Source: Phoronis australis
Lineage: Eukaryota > Animalia > Phoronida
DNA length: 64,000 bases
Direction of reading: 5' to 3'
NCBI GenBank assembly: GCA_002633005.1
Contig: NMRA01000137.1
Coordinates: 620,001-684,000 of the forward strand
Shown: one piece after another, positions 13,658-27,330 of the stretch
Position numbering within the stretch: the stretch's first letter is position 1
Layout of the letters: the number at the start of each line of letters is the position of its first letter
Position numbers and translations under genes: made by a program
The notes under the pieces: model-generated
The model's input: the letters and a program-made list of their open reading frames with translations, nothing else
Told to the model about the DNA's origin: nothing
Databases searched by the model: none

Positions 13658-16600
13658 TTAAGTTACACAAGTTGGCATAAGGTTCAGACAGCACTCAAAC
13701 CTAGGGACAACTCATTCCTGGAGTAACTTGTTCTAGAATAAGTCTGTGTGTGTCACGGTACATAAGGTTGTCGTAAACTCGAAAATGGCACTTGCAAGCA
13801 TTGCGTGTGTCTTGAATTGCTTGCTCATTTGGCAACAATTCAAGATCTGATGAATGTGATATATATTTAAATGCTTCTGTTAGGAAGTTAATATTGTCAG
13901 TTAAACAGTGACTAGTACCTCTAAATTTCTTCCCAAAGCAGTTTGGTTGATCAGGTCATGGATTAAATGCTTGGCTCAAGAGCAATTATGTGAACCCCCA
14001 TCAGGAATTGAAACTTGGCCTGTGAGGGTCTATTCAAGAAATTACCAATGCTCAAAACTATTTGTTTAATGGCCATTCATGGACGTGGAGTTTTTGTTAT
14101 TCACAGTGCTGGTCCTTAAACATCCCTAAAATGTTCTGTTTTGTACTGTATAGCGTGTCAAATGCCTTTAACTTTCATCAAATTGCAAAATTTACCCCAA
14201 TTTTCTTCGTAATGGATGGAATTACTCCTAATTGACACAAATTAAAATTGTGTAGCAAAATGTGAGCAACTTATGTCCATTTGCATGAAAAATTGCGAGA
14301 TTTATGATAAATTAATTAGTGGCGTGATAGTGAACAAAGCCGAGATTTATTTTCAATCCATCTAATGTGCCTGTGGGACCCATTTCTCTTTCTCCCTATC
14401 GGCCTCATTACTTGCAATGTATTCATAGTGTTACTGTCTTTGTCTTTTCTGCAGAGCTATTTGTTATTCCCCTATTAGTAATTACCAACTGTGATTTATT
14501 CGTTTTATGAATGTGTGAAAGGTCTCTTATGGCATGCACTAGATTACTATACTTTTATAGTCTACTCATATGAATAAAATGAGATTATGAAGCTGTTAGC
14601 CTGCATAAGGGCATACTTAGAATTAAGTCGCTTTCCCATAAGAGGTGATACTTTGCTTTTACTGAAATTTCGGTACGTGTAAATGGTTAACTCCGGTAGT
14701 TAATCTGCAAGCGAAATTTCACTTAAAATTGTAGGATTTAAAAGTGATGCTTCGCTATGCATTGAAACTCGGTGTAGTGGGAACAGTCGTGTGACACTCG
14801 TTAAAACGTGTTCTTTATTATTGTAGCATAGCCAAAGCCTCACAATAGACTCACGTAAATAAATAAAAGAAAGCATATCTGATGAATGTCACTGATCATT
14901 TTCATGAACACTCATAAGTAGCAGGAGAACAATTTTCAGTCAGCCTCGAACCCACTATTCGATATTCGTTTGAGAGTACAAATTGACTGCGTCGTCTGTT
15001 GTCATAGCGATAACTTCGATATCTCTGGTTAGAAAGGTAAGCGAAGTTTCGCCAAAGCTTCGGTAAACCAAAGTTCCTCTAATGGGAAGGTGACCCAAGA
15101 TTCCCAGGTTGCTACCTGAAGCCATGTTTTTGTGGTGGTCACCTGTCATTTCCCACTTAGTGACACTAAGTATGTAAAATAGCGCATATGGATTGATCAA
15201 TGTTTGGTTTGTGTTGCACACAAATTATTTAATGAACATCAAGGAAAGCCTCAAAGTAATTAAAAATCTTGCGTTTTAGTAGATAAAATGGCAATGATCA
15301 CTTTTAGGGGTATCCCAGATTGGGAGTCTAGTTTGGTGTCCGTTGTTCAGTGGAGAACACTGGTCCTCAATAAGCGACTATTGCTGATAAAATATGAAGT
15401 GGTCAGAAGGAGTGATTTCTTTTTGAAACTTATAAAGTCCCACACAGATGAACTGTATCAGGTCTGTGTTGTTTATGTGTAGTTGGGGATGGTGCCTCAC
15501 TGGCTGTATATTAAAGAAGAAAATAAACGATTCTACATGAACAACAGTTTTCAAAGATGGTGCTGTTACACCAGGTTCTTAAGTGTCTTCTTTGCTTTAA
15601 CTTAAGTGTTGGTTCTACAAGTGTATGGTATCTTGGTGGTTATTATTGTGGTAAAATATCACAAATCTGGGACACAATGGGCCTGACTAGTGAAGATTAT
15701 TTCCTCGTTTCCATGAAAGATATGCGACACCAAAATCGATGTTTTCCATGCTCAAGTCGTTTGCTGTACATACCACCAGACAATGCTTTAAACATTGCGG
15801 GCATTCACAACACTTATGAACTCCTTGGAAAATTAAAAAATCAATTTTAGCCGGCATTTTCTTATGAAGTTGTTGAAATATTAGGTTCTTCTCTCACCAG
15901 GAAGGAAGCAGAGCCCAGGCCAGTCTTTTCACCCTGCTGTCAATCTTTGATCAACCTTGTTTACCTTTGCCACTTGTTGGCAAAATTAGACCCTGCTGAG
16001 TCACCATAGTACTGATGATTTCCTTTCTTGTGATCCTTCAGATAAGGACAAATCCAGGCCTTACAGTTATGCAATTATTTATTTGTTCCATCCTGGCTTC
16101 ATTGCCTCCACTTTGTACTATTTAAAAGTCCCATATCAATCACAGGGTCTTGGATAAGGGGTTGTTTGGAGGAACCATCACTTGTAATTGTTTGTTTGGC
16201 CTGTGATTGAGTATCCTCAGTAGTTGTATATGGTTTGAACAATGAGCATAATTGTTTGTTTGGCCTGGTGTGATGAGATGGTGACAGTTGACAGACAGCC
16301 AAAATGGCCCTGTTGTTTCATTGTGGTGCCACAGACCAAGTCTTATGTAATGCACTTTTGGTCTGAGGGGAAAGCCTTGAGAATTTATGAAAATAGACAA
16401 CCCCTTCAAGCCCAAAGCCGCACAATCTTTGAAGTACATCGTTTATGAACCCTATGTTTTGTTTTTTGATAGGCTGCTTAGCATTCCCAATTACCCTTGA
16501 TAAAACCAAGGTCGGAATGCAGTTTCTTCACTTTATTGCTTCAAGGTTACAATTCTTTGCAACTGGGTTTAAAGTTTTTAATTTCAGCTTGACCAAGTGA

Positions 16601-17400
16601 GAGCTGAGTGGGACTTTAAAGTGGTTATAAATCTTGCATTGGTATCAAGGTGACCATTGATTGGTCACACTTGAATTTTTGATGTAGTTGTACGATTTGA
16701 CTGTGGCTAGATTCTGTGATATCTTGTTCTTGTGTTGATTCACATGTACTACAGTCTTGTACTTTTCAAGAGGAAGTTGAAAGTGTTGTTGTGAACTCTG
16801 TCTAACATTGTTGACGTGGCGAAACCACAGAAAAAACACCAAAATTAGCTAAAGTGATTTACTCGGGAATTGTACCACTTTCGGTGAAAACTAAGATTTT
16901 GTCAGCTCTTTTTGAACACCGTATCAGATGCTGGTCATTTTATTTGATGAACACGAGTCTTGGTTGTAGTCACTGTCACATTTTGTGTTCTAAATTCTAC
17001 TTTACGGCTTAGAATAGAAAGTTTGATTGAACCTAACTGCCATCCTGAAAATGCTCAACTGTTCGCTTGTCATCTTAAATTTGTTAGTGTTTTCTAGTTC
17101 CCATATTCAACACCAGATGGTGCCACCAGATGTTGACTGCCAGGTGCCAATGTAATGTTGCCAGCATATCTGAGTAATTGCTCAGCTAGGCCTGTCGGTG
17201 TCTTTCATGCTTCCAAGCCAGTTACTAACAGACTCAATAATTTACTGCAGATTAGATAGGCCAGCTGTGGTTTTCATAAAATCGTGTCTCCTGATTCATA
17301 ACTTGTGGTCTTGTTGCTTTTGTTTTGAGCCTGTGAGTTGTAGGCAACTGGAAACTCAAGGTGTGACCATCAAAACCTGGGAATTTCACATAGAATTGCT

Positions 17401-17508
17401 GACAATAGCCACTTACAGGGGTCTCTCATTTTGAGAACCCGTTTTCTCTACTGAATAGCGGGCATGAAACTGATTCTCAAAATGGTGGACCCCTTAAGTG
17501 ACTATGTC
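17401..17508. mobile_element. Short palindromic (foldback) MITE-like repeat
   Basis: Left arm gacaatagccacttacaggggtctctcattttgagaacccgttt pairs imperfectly with right arm aaactgattctcaaaatggtggaccccttaagtgactatgtc. A related copy lies at 21114-21200. Confidence 0.65.
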
Positions 17509-17933
17509 TGTTATGCCTACATTCAGGTAAATCACATGGGTCCCTAGCACACGAAAGCAAGAATGTTGATGATCTGCTTTTTGCTCGTAATCTAGTCAGA
17601 TGTCATGGGTCTAAGTGAGGTGCTTTTATTCACCTTCTAGTGGATATCAAGCTGCTTCCACCTGGCGAAATCTTTTGATTTTCACAAATTACTCTGTTAC
17701 CCTTTAAAATTGACCTCCAGTTGTACCTTACAGTAAGTTAGAGGTGATTTGTAATGAAGGTGCACTTTGTTATTAGGAGGGTTGCCTCTGGCATTTACTT
17801 GTGAATGACCTCAGTGAATACAACTTTAGCTAAGTTATGCTATTTACTATCGAAATTTTCTCATTTTCAAGGTCTTATTACATTGCTGTAAGTGCCCAGG
17901 AGCTTTCAAAATTGTGATGGTAGATATTATACA

Positions 17934-18256
17934 CAGGGATTTCCTGACCCGGTTTGAACCTGCGCCCCTTGGGCGCACCTGGTGGTAAAAAATGTGCGTT
18001 TTTTCAAAAAGTTGTGCCCAGCAGACTTAGTGTAATTAAAGTGATAACATATGAAACAAAAATCCCAAGGGCATTGGCAACAAGAAGAGAGTCGTGTTTT
18101 ACCTCACTGGCTGCAAGTTGACCAGAATCTTGCAGTTTTGGAAGAGTGTTGCGTTTTAAAAGATGTGCCCAGGGCGCGCACTGCTGCAATGTACTTGCAC
18201 TTTTTAGTTTTGTTAATGCACTAATGACACTAAGGCGCAGTCCAGGAATATCCCTG
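17934..18256. mobile_element. MITE with CAGGGAT termini (hAT-like)
   Basis: Left end CAGGGATTTCCTG and right end CAGGAATATCCCTG; subterminal GC-rich tgcgcccc/gggcgca motifs at both ends. TSD not resolved. Confidence 0.65.
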
Positions 18257-18721
18257 CACACAAAACATGAACATTTTAATGCATCAAATGGTGAGATTTC
18301 GCCGTGTCCAATTGAACGTTTTTTTTAGATTTAGATGCTATTTATACCGTTGTTATCAGTGTTCATTTCTTTGAAATGCCAAGTGGAAGTTTTTTAATAC
18401 CCCTCATCTATCCATTTCCATTCTACAATGGATGGTATCAGTAAGATATGATGGATAGGAAGACCTTGTGGCATTTGTAGAGTCCCCTTGACATTAAGAT
18501 ATAATATACACAATAATGTCTATCAGTGATAAAAAACGCTATTTCCGATTGTGATTCCCAAATGCATTGTCACTTCACATAATGTATTAAGCAGCAGATG
18601 TCTTGTTTTTTCTCTTGACTTTGCGGATGATAAAGTGATGGAATGTTGTGTCTCTGTTTCCAGTTCTTGGGGATATTTGGACTCAAAGACGCCAACAAAA
18701 ATCGAATTAAAGTGACGCAGC

Positions 18722-18910
18722 ACCCTAGAAAAAAACCTAAATGCGCCAACTTGGCAACGTCTTACCTCTGAAATGTTGGAATTCTTATGAAACTTTCACA
18801 GGTGCTATGCTTTATGTTATGTTCTCCAAAATTCTGTTAGGAACTGTTTTTAAACTGTTCCACTTTTGCATGAAGGGCTATCAAAAATTGTACCCTAAAT
18901 GATTTCCATG
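18722..18910 (+). repeat. Dispersed repeat (family B), related to 271-460
   Basis: Same collinear motif series as 271-460. Confidence 0.65.
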
Positions 18911-21113
18911 AGAAATACTCATATGTTGCATAAAATGAAAAAAAGATATTTTAGAATATTCTAACAGGGCTTGTGAGATTTCTTCCGAGAAGATTTACAC
19001 AAAATTTGGTCATATTCTTCATACTGTGTTTGCTATCATTGTACCTTCCTATTTCCTAAACTTTACTTAAAAGCCATGGTCACTTACCCAATTACTGGCA
19101 TATTGATGAAAAATAATAAGTCTAATCTTATAGCCCTATTTTCAGAAAATGTAGACTTTTAGGGAGATATAATCTATAAAAGAGCTGATTCAATTTTCTT
19201 TTTTAGCCAGCTAAACGGAGCTAAGTGCAGCGCTAAAAGCTGAACCCTATGATTTGGTCAGCGTAGATGCCTTAACTAGATTTGTTGTGTATATTGTATT
19301 TGCGTAATATGATTGCTGTATATTGCAGAAGGTTTTTTAGTCCTTTTTTCTTCCCCAGCTGCATATGAGTGGTATTAAAACTTGTCTATTTGTCACATGC
19401 TGTGTGAACAACCATGACTTATGGATGTGTTAAAAGACCCCAGGACCCAGGGTCTTTCTTACCAATGTTCAAAGGACGATAGCTATGGGGGGGTGTTGGT
19501 TGGTATAAAGGGTTAGATTCATTCCTGTATTGTCATTTACAGTGAGAGTCAATTTCGTAGTAAACATAGATTTGGCTGAAAATGGCATAAATGCTTCGTT
19601 TTGGTGTGAACGGTTAACTTCGGTGTCATTGGAATTATCGGCAGACGTGTGTTCTGGCATTTATTTGAAATTGTTTTTTAACTGTTCACAGTTCTAGCAC
19701 AATAACATTTGTCATTCATTTGTCATCAGACCATAGATACAATTATTTAATATTAAGAAACAATATTTTTTCAGAGCGCCATCTTGCGGTCACTTGTTTG
19801 ACTTACATATCAAACTGTGATGTCGTCGGTGTCCCTAACTGTCTAAGCCGAACTGAAAAATTTAACTAGGTTTGCAGGTTACATCATCACTCCTTTGGTA
19901 TGAAAAGGTCTTATGGCACCAAAAGAACATAAAAGTCATGAATATTTTGTAACTGACTCTATTAATTCTTTGTGGACTTCCTTTGATGTTTAGTTCGCAG
20001 TTAATGAGTAATTGTGGTGAAAATTAACCCTGTCAGCAGTGCGATAATTTTACCCAATGTTACCCTGTTTGTGAACTGTCAAAATACCCCAACGCTGTTG
20101 CATTGCCAAAATATTGATGTTTACTTTTTCCCTTCATTTCAATGGCTGCCCTGTAATAGTATTGTCGAGGCAAGAAAGTACGAAGACAAATTCAACTTGA
20201 CATGTCAGGTCTACTGATGCTTTATAGGCTAAGTCATTCAATTTTATAGTTTCGCCTCTATTAATAAAATCAAGCCTGTGGCTCTAGTTTATTTCCATTA
20301 AGTTACATGTGAATAGCCTCACAAAGAGTAGGCTTTCACCCTGGCTGATATTTCATATGACTTTTCCACCACAAATTGCTCCAGGGGAATGTTTAACAAT
20401 CATCAGTTTTTCCATGTACATTCCCTCGCTGGCATTGTATTCATTTGTGAGATTAAAACATAACAACTGTTGTTTGTTTATGCTTTTCGCTTTCATATGC
20501 CTGTCAATAACTCATTTTCGAAATGTGTCCAGTTTAGCCAAATGTAGAAATTGTGTTGCCTTTCTCATGGGATCTTTGGGGATAACATAGAGTCATATTT
20601 TTGTTTACTAGGCTTCTTTTACTGATTAGTGCATTATTATAAGGCAGTCTTCCTACATGCTTCAATTTTAACAATCTTTATACAGTCAGATATATTCCCT
20701 TTCTGAGTAATTATTCTACCAGTGCAAACTTGGTGCACAACTGTTTTGACTGTTAAATCCCATACAGAAATAATTTCACACAAAAATAATTACTAAAATT
20801 GAACCCATTTTCCAACTTTTAAAGGTTTCTAAAATGGTTTTGATTTAGCATTTGTCTCTGGAGGAATAATACATGTTTTCAAGGGAAATAAGCAGTTTTA
20901 GGTTTCCAGTGTTTGTACATGGCAGAGTTAGGGGCCTTGGGCCACTTGTCTTGCACCGTCTCGCACTTGATGTCTCTTAGTCTCAAGTTGATGAATTTAT
21001 TTAGGATGCACAATTTACAACTTAAACTAAAATTCAACATTGGCGGGGAAGTAAGTTATATGTACAACTTGTGAACTGACGGCACCACCTTTGTTTCTGT
21101 TTGGTAAAAGTCC

Positions 21114-21200
21114 CTTACAGGGGTCCTACAGTTTGGGGGACCAGTTTTCTCCACTGAACAATGAACATCAAACTGGTTCTCATGTTAAATCCCTGTAAGT
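21114..21200. mobile_element. Second, more degraded copy of the palindromic MITE-like repeat
   Basis: cttacaggggtcc...ccagttttctccactgaa...aaactggttctca...ccctgtaag resembles 17411-17500. Confidence 0.55.
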
Positions 21201-21582
21201 CATGGTGACAGCTGTCTTTTCTTCCGGTCATGTAATGATTTTAGGGGGGAGGGGTTGCTATCTCATATTCAAAAGCCAGATCAGTGCTTTTCTCTAGCAA
21301 CAAGTCCATACCTCAGACGGTATCAAATGAAAAATTTAAACCTTATATATATACCATTAAGCTTGTGTGTCCTGAGACATAACCTTCTCACCCCACCTGT
21401 GATGATATCATGTTACTGGTTTGTGCCATTAGCCTGCTAAGACAATACTTGAGAGAATAAAAAACACCGGGTTAGCGACAGGTCCTTATTACCTGCCCTA
21501 TGGGAGTACCCCCAGAGTGTGCTTGGTCCACTATCTTACTGCAGATGTCATGCTTCATAACCCATTAGTTCTACAGTATTGT

Positions 21583-21636
21583 CACCATCATCTTCACCAT
21601 CACCATCATCATCATTGTCATCATCATCATCGTCAC
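21583..21636. repeat. Imperfect (CAT/CAC)n microsatellite
   Basis: caccatcatcttcaccatcaccatcatcatcattgtcatcatcatcatcgtcac. Confidence 0.85.
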
Positions 21637-24600
21637 TGTTCCTGTCAATAATAACTCACCTCCCCTGTGATTCATGAGTTTCATTAGGAAATTGGTCTTT
21701 TTAATTACTGGAATGAAGATGGTAGATTTGTGTCCTTGGGTGAGATTATGTATTGATTTATGGTGGTGTCCCTCTTCCTCTCTGTTCTGATGTCAAATGG
21801 TTGATTTCGCCGTCAGGCGTCATCGTTTGATCCATTGATTTTCTTCTACATTTATTCACGGCATACGGCTGTTGCTCTTGGAGGTGAGATGATGGTATGG
21901 TGATTTTGTGCTTGGTTATTTTGTGCTTGGTTATAAAAAAGTTTCTTATAATACTTTTGTACAAAAGCACTCATTGTCTATGAAGAATTGGTTGAGACCT
22001 TGATTATTTTGTATTGTTTGTATAGCTAAAGGCCGAGTTGTATGAAACTTTTCCACTGGAATTCCACGACATCAAGTGGATTTCTTTTACAATTGCTACG
22101 CTGTGTTTTAAAATCACTCATGTAGGACACATTATGAAGGCGGAGTACCAAACTTAAAGCCTGGTCATGTTCATGTTTCATTGTATACCATGGCTGATGT
22201 CAGGTAATAGTATTTTGAAAAAAATTGGAAATTCATAGCAATTTTGGAAACCCTTGGGTATATTTCTGTCTAAAGTTGGTTATATTTTACTGTATGTCTT
22301 TGACATTGAAAAATGGAGTTTGTCTGCAGTAGTTCTTCACCTATGTAGCACGTGTTATGGCAGACGATGCCAATTTTATTTTGTCAAAATTATCCAAAAA
22401 AGTAGGATTAAGGCGTTTTAGTCCAATAGTAATTTGGTTTGTACTTTGTAGATGTCGAAAACAATATTTGGTAAAGGTCTCATTATTTTCAACCAGCTAT
22501 TCATAAGTAGCTTTTGAAAATGAAAAAAATGACAATTCTGGCAGTTTGTTTTGTGTGCAATATGTTGAGAGTTTCGATACTGTAAAATTGTTTTTAATCA
22601 AATTTTTATAGAAATTCTTAGTTTTTTTAGTTGAGAATGTGTAAAATCTGCTTGCGTTTGATGTGGGCTCCATTCCTCTAAAATTCAAAACTGATGCATT
22701 ATTCGTTATGATTTGGTACTCTTGAAAATGCCATGTTGCAGGAGTTTCACATGTGGTTAACCAACTGTAGCCACTGAGCTTCATATCTGGGCTTCCAGTG
22801 GCAGTCTGAGTACTCCCCTGCTTGTTAATAGGACTGTTTACCATTTGCTTTTGTGGTTGTTGGTGTGGTGCCAACATGTTGTCACCATGTATCTGTCCAC
22901 TCTTGCTTTGGGCTGGTCTCTAAAACTGAGATGGTAGACATTGAAAGAGCAGGATAATCTGCTGGTGTTGTTGATGTAAGTGTGCAAACTCCATCCAGAC
23001 TTGTGGTTTAACCATTTGATAACTGGGTAGTGAAGTCTTCAGCCAGATAAGTGACATGACTGAAGACCACGTACCAAATCATGTGAGTTAAAGTCTAGTG
23101 TTGCGGGAGTATACTCGAGACTTTACAAACCTCACCTAGCAAAATGGCCGCCACTAAGGTGATGGCACGGTGAGGTTGGAGTGTTGAATTATCCGATAAA
23201 ATTCACAAATTATGGGATAGAATTTACTGTTTCTATTCCACATGCGGAGATTTTCACGCCACAACTGCATGGTTTACATTGCTCACCTAGAGTTATTGCT
23301 ATGTGAATGTCTGTTGTTAAGTATGTGGTTTTTCTCCTGTTTTGTGCACAATATGTTCGGAATAGGAATTTTGTCTAGATGAAGATGATTCTAATTAATT
23401 AACAGCACACGGCTGTTTTTAGAAAAATACTTGATCAAATTTAACTCTCTAGCCCCTCTTTATTGTTTTTCTGATAAGTTTGATTGGTTATAAATGTATT
23501 CTGTTGTTTTTTCCAGAAATTTTGAACTTAGTTGATGCTACCCCATGCAGCGCCATCTTTGAAAACCCTGGTTTTGGTTTCTCTTTTGAGGTAGAAGCCT
23601 TTGTTTCCATTGACGAAAAACATGAACTGAATGGATTTCAGTGATTGATTTAAGGCGAAGATTGATTTTCACAACTCTAACTCTTCCAGTTTGAAGTTGC
23701 AATTTCGAATTGACCTAATTAACAACTGCATACAACTTAAAATTTGTTTGTGAACCCGTTGCTGCTGTGTCCTAGTTATGCTGTTGCGGTTTTCAGAGGA
23801 AATAACAGAAATTTGCGCTTTCCGTCTCGTCTCTTTGTTTTTTGTGATTGTTTATCGCAACATAGCCAGACACCTCCGATTTTCTAAGTGAACCTGCCTC
23901 GGGTTATGCGGGCTTATCTAAGAGTGTGTCATCTGTGTGCTTATTGCTGGCTGGCTTGGCATTACCTTATCAGGGGCATGCTCTTGTAGCCAGGGTTTGC
24001 GACAACCGGTCCCCATATGCGATGTTAAATTCAGAAATCTGCATCGATGTGTCATTATTATATCCTATTGGGACAGACAGTCTCACTGAGTAAACAAAAC
24101 TTTGGAAACAGTGGGATCAACTGGTCTATTAAAGTTGAGCGATTTGATATTTTCATGTCCTTGTTTGTGTTAAAGATTATTTTACGATTGCCAACTTGTT
24201 TTGGAAATATTGTGCTATTTGACTGGGCGAGAATAACATTTATGTGTTTAGGAATTAAACTTTTTTCTTTTGTTTAAAGGAAGCCTGTATGTTTTTTCAC
24301 ATGTATAGCATACTTGAGATATTTGTATGAAGTTAAATTTTAAATTCAAATACACGTGATAGCTTTACCTAGTTTATACATACCTGTTATGTTTTGTGGC
24401 CTGTAAACATAAAATAGCAGGGTACACTGTTAGTACGTGTATGTTTGGCTGGAGTATGTAAACGAAAAAAATTCCAGAGATATTTACAGGTCTGAATAAA
24501 CACCCAGTTTTTATCTATATCAACACCTGAGATAATGTAAATAGTAGTTGGAAGTCAAAATGGATTTTAATCCCATGTAATTAAAGTGGCAGACTTTGTA

Positions 24601-27330
24601 GGCTACTTCTGATAATGCCCCCTGCTGCACCGGATGATTGAGGGCTGCTCTGAGCTGTCAAACTCTTTTTTTCTCGGAGTGTTCTATTTGGGAGGGAGCT
24701 AAGGTGTAAATAAATATTTCTTCAGTGTTCATCCGTGTTTGGACTGTTACTGCCTGCATACCCCTGCCTAGGTCGTGCTTTCTGGCGCCACGGCGGATGT
24801 TCTGTCCGGCTGCACTTTCCCAGTTGCACTGTCCAGCATCCGCCTCTGCCTTGTGTATGTAGAAAGCTAGCTTTTCCCTGAAACCGACACTTGGAATTAA
24901 GGACTGTATTTATTCAAGGGTTGTCGAAGTGTAAAATGCTGAAATCTTGATCTGATAGGTAACATATAGTGGACAGTACTAATTACAGTGGACATCAACA
25001 ATTTTTTTACTGGAGGCTCTTATTTACGTTGCTCATCATTAAATCTTCGTGATATACTTACATGTCATTTTGGAATCCATAATATCTTGAAGTGGTGGTC
25101 ATAATTTTTTTTTCGGAGCATCAGTACCTTCATCCAAATGGTAATTAAATAAAGAAGAGTGTCTGTAAAGCAATTACTTACCATTCTTTTTGAAATATTG
25201 ACAACATAGAGATTAAAATCTGCACGAATGCTGTTAGTCTGCTCAAGAATAAAGAAATTAGGTCAGTGATCGTCACACTGCTGGACATAATTTCTGACCT
25301 AGAATCTCTGCTTGAACAAATTGTTTTCACGAAATTGAATGTAAGTGTATGCAGAACTGATCGAAGGATTTTAGCATTACTGATCTGAATAAAAATGTCC
25401 TGCGGGCAAGACAGGGGTCATTGTTCTTTCATGGTCAATATCAGATACATCATTAATTTCGGGTTACAGCGTTCTAAGCCATTAACCTCTTAGCATATGG
25501 CTGTGCATGCTTTATTGTGATGATAACTGCGTGTAAAATTGTCCCGTAATTTTATTATGATTGTTGTCAATTGGTTTTTGCAACGTGATCTCAACTTGAA
25601 AATTATCATTGTTTTGTGATTGCTCACAACAGTGCTTTACAACAGCAAGCTGGATGTAGGCCTTTGTTGTTTGGAAGGCTTTTATTGTCGTGTGACATGT
25701 GATTTGATTACGTAAATGTTGATCTTTGTCAGCAACCAAAAAATAATTGATTGACTTCCTTGGTTTTTTGTCATTCAAAATTGAACATGTAATATTTGAA
25801 ACAATTTTAGACTAGAAAAAAATTCACTATTTCATTCCATGTTGATTTTATTAGTCAAATAGCCAATCACTTACTATTATGCGTTAAAACTGGACGTCCA
25901 AACCAGCAAACACACCTGACTTGGAATCATTTCCTTTCTCCACCAAGAGATGGCACCACTATATGCTCCATCTGCTGACCTGTGCCCTGACAGGCTGGAT
26001 AAAAACCAACAGGTTTGCCAATGAATGGCGTTTGTAGAGTGACATTTTGTCTATCAAGACTCTTGTTTTCTGTGGGGGACTGTTGTGTGTCATTCCAGTT
26101 TTAAACGACCAATTCTAAATACTCTTCTTGCTTGCTTTTTGCTGTTGTTGGGGAAAATGCAAATTGTTTTTGTTGTATAGTGGTTTGTTATGGGATGTTG
26201 ACCTTTTGATAAAAAACATTCTTAACAAAAGTTGACCACAGGGCTTGAATGTTTATAAACATTAAACACCATGCTTTTATTGGGCTAACATTGTTTTTAT
26301 ATCGAATCTTTGTAAACCGCAGCTAATGCCAAAGCCGTGTTACTATGAGTTTTGAGTTAAAACACTACAAATTTGCTTTCTTTTGAAAATGAACAGAATT
26401 TAAACAAGGGAAGTTTATTGCTAGGCAGGTTTTACGACTACATTTACCTCAATAACTTTGTCTTGCGATGTCAGGAAGTTAAGTATTTGCAGAATTTTGA
26501 AGATGTCTTTTTTTGCCAAATTCAGGCACTTGTACAAATTACTTGTCTTTTCCAAGCATACTGTATTATTGTAAATTCTTGTAGACAGACTTTAAAGCAC
26601 TTAATAGGTTTAATGTATCCTGAAGTTGCTGACTTCCTGAATCCTTATTATTTGCCATATTTGATTGTTTTTGACTGTTTGGAACTGAAATTGATTTGAT
26701 GAGTTTTCAATTTTGAATTTATTCCTATCGGCTAAATTGAGCTCATTGCCATTTGCTTGGTAGTGTTTCAGATTTTTGCGGGTACACCGATAAAAAATTT
26801 CTGCAGTTATTGTTAGAGAATTCTAGGACAAATCACTTAGGGAATTTTTTATGCCTACCTGGATCACGGATCATCGTTCACTTTGTATAACATATGAAAA
26901 TTCTGTTTGATAAATTGAGTTTCAACCATCTTAGAATTGCTAAATTCAGCAAATTCTAGCAAATTTAATCAGGAGCTTAGTTCCATATACTGCACACCAG
27001 CTACCAATGGTGCAACAGAGATAGACATATCAAAAGATGCCAAATATAACATTCAATTAAAAATGCATGAAAATATCTGTCAAATCACCATCTCCATTTT
27101 ACTCCTTATTATTCACATGCTTAAGGGGTTACTCTGACATTTCACTCAATAATGGTTAAAAGTCTTGCATGTTTCTCTTCAACTCCAAACCGTTCCATCA
27201 GGAAGGGACATGTTTCTATAAATAGACAAGTGCACCATCTGTGGACCACATTCTTTACCGGCAGGACATGCTGTTTGATTTTGGTGTCGTTGCTGATTGT
27301 TAATCACAATGATGGATGAGGGGCAGAATG

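Noticed and set aside
21583-21636. Poly-His coding tract
   Set aside because: No supporting exon context; better explained as a (CAT)n microsatellite.
23141-23176. aaaATGGCCGCC...CG|gtgagg as a first coding exon
   Set aside because: The good donor is phase 2, which is incompatible with the phase-0 acceptor at 58737, and the phase-0 option (AAG|gtgatg) is weak. It may simply be a YY1-like motif.
24822-24844. miR-92-like mature sequence (ttgcactgtcc)
   Set aside because: The seed is GTTGCAC rather than ATTGCAC, and the hairpin has a large internal loop unlike a pre-miRNA.
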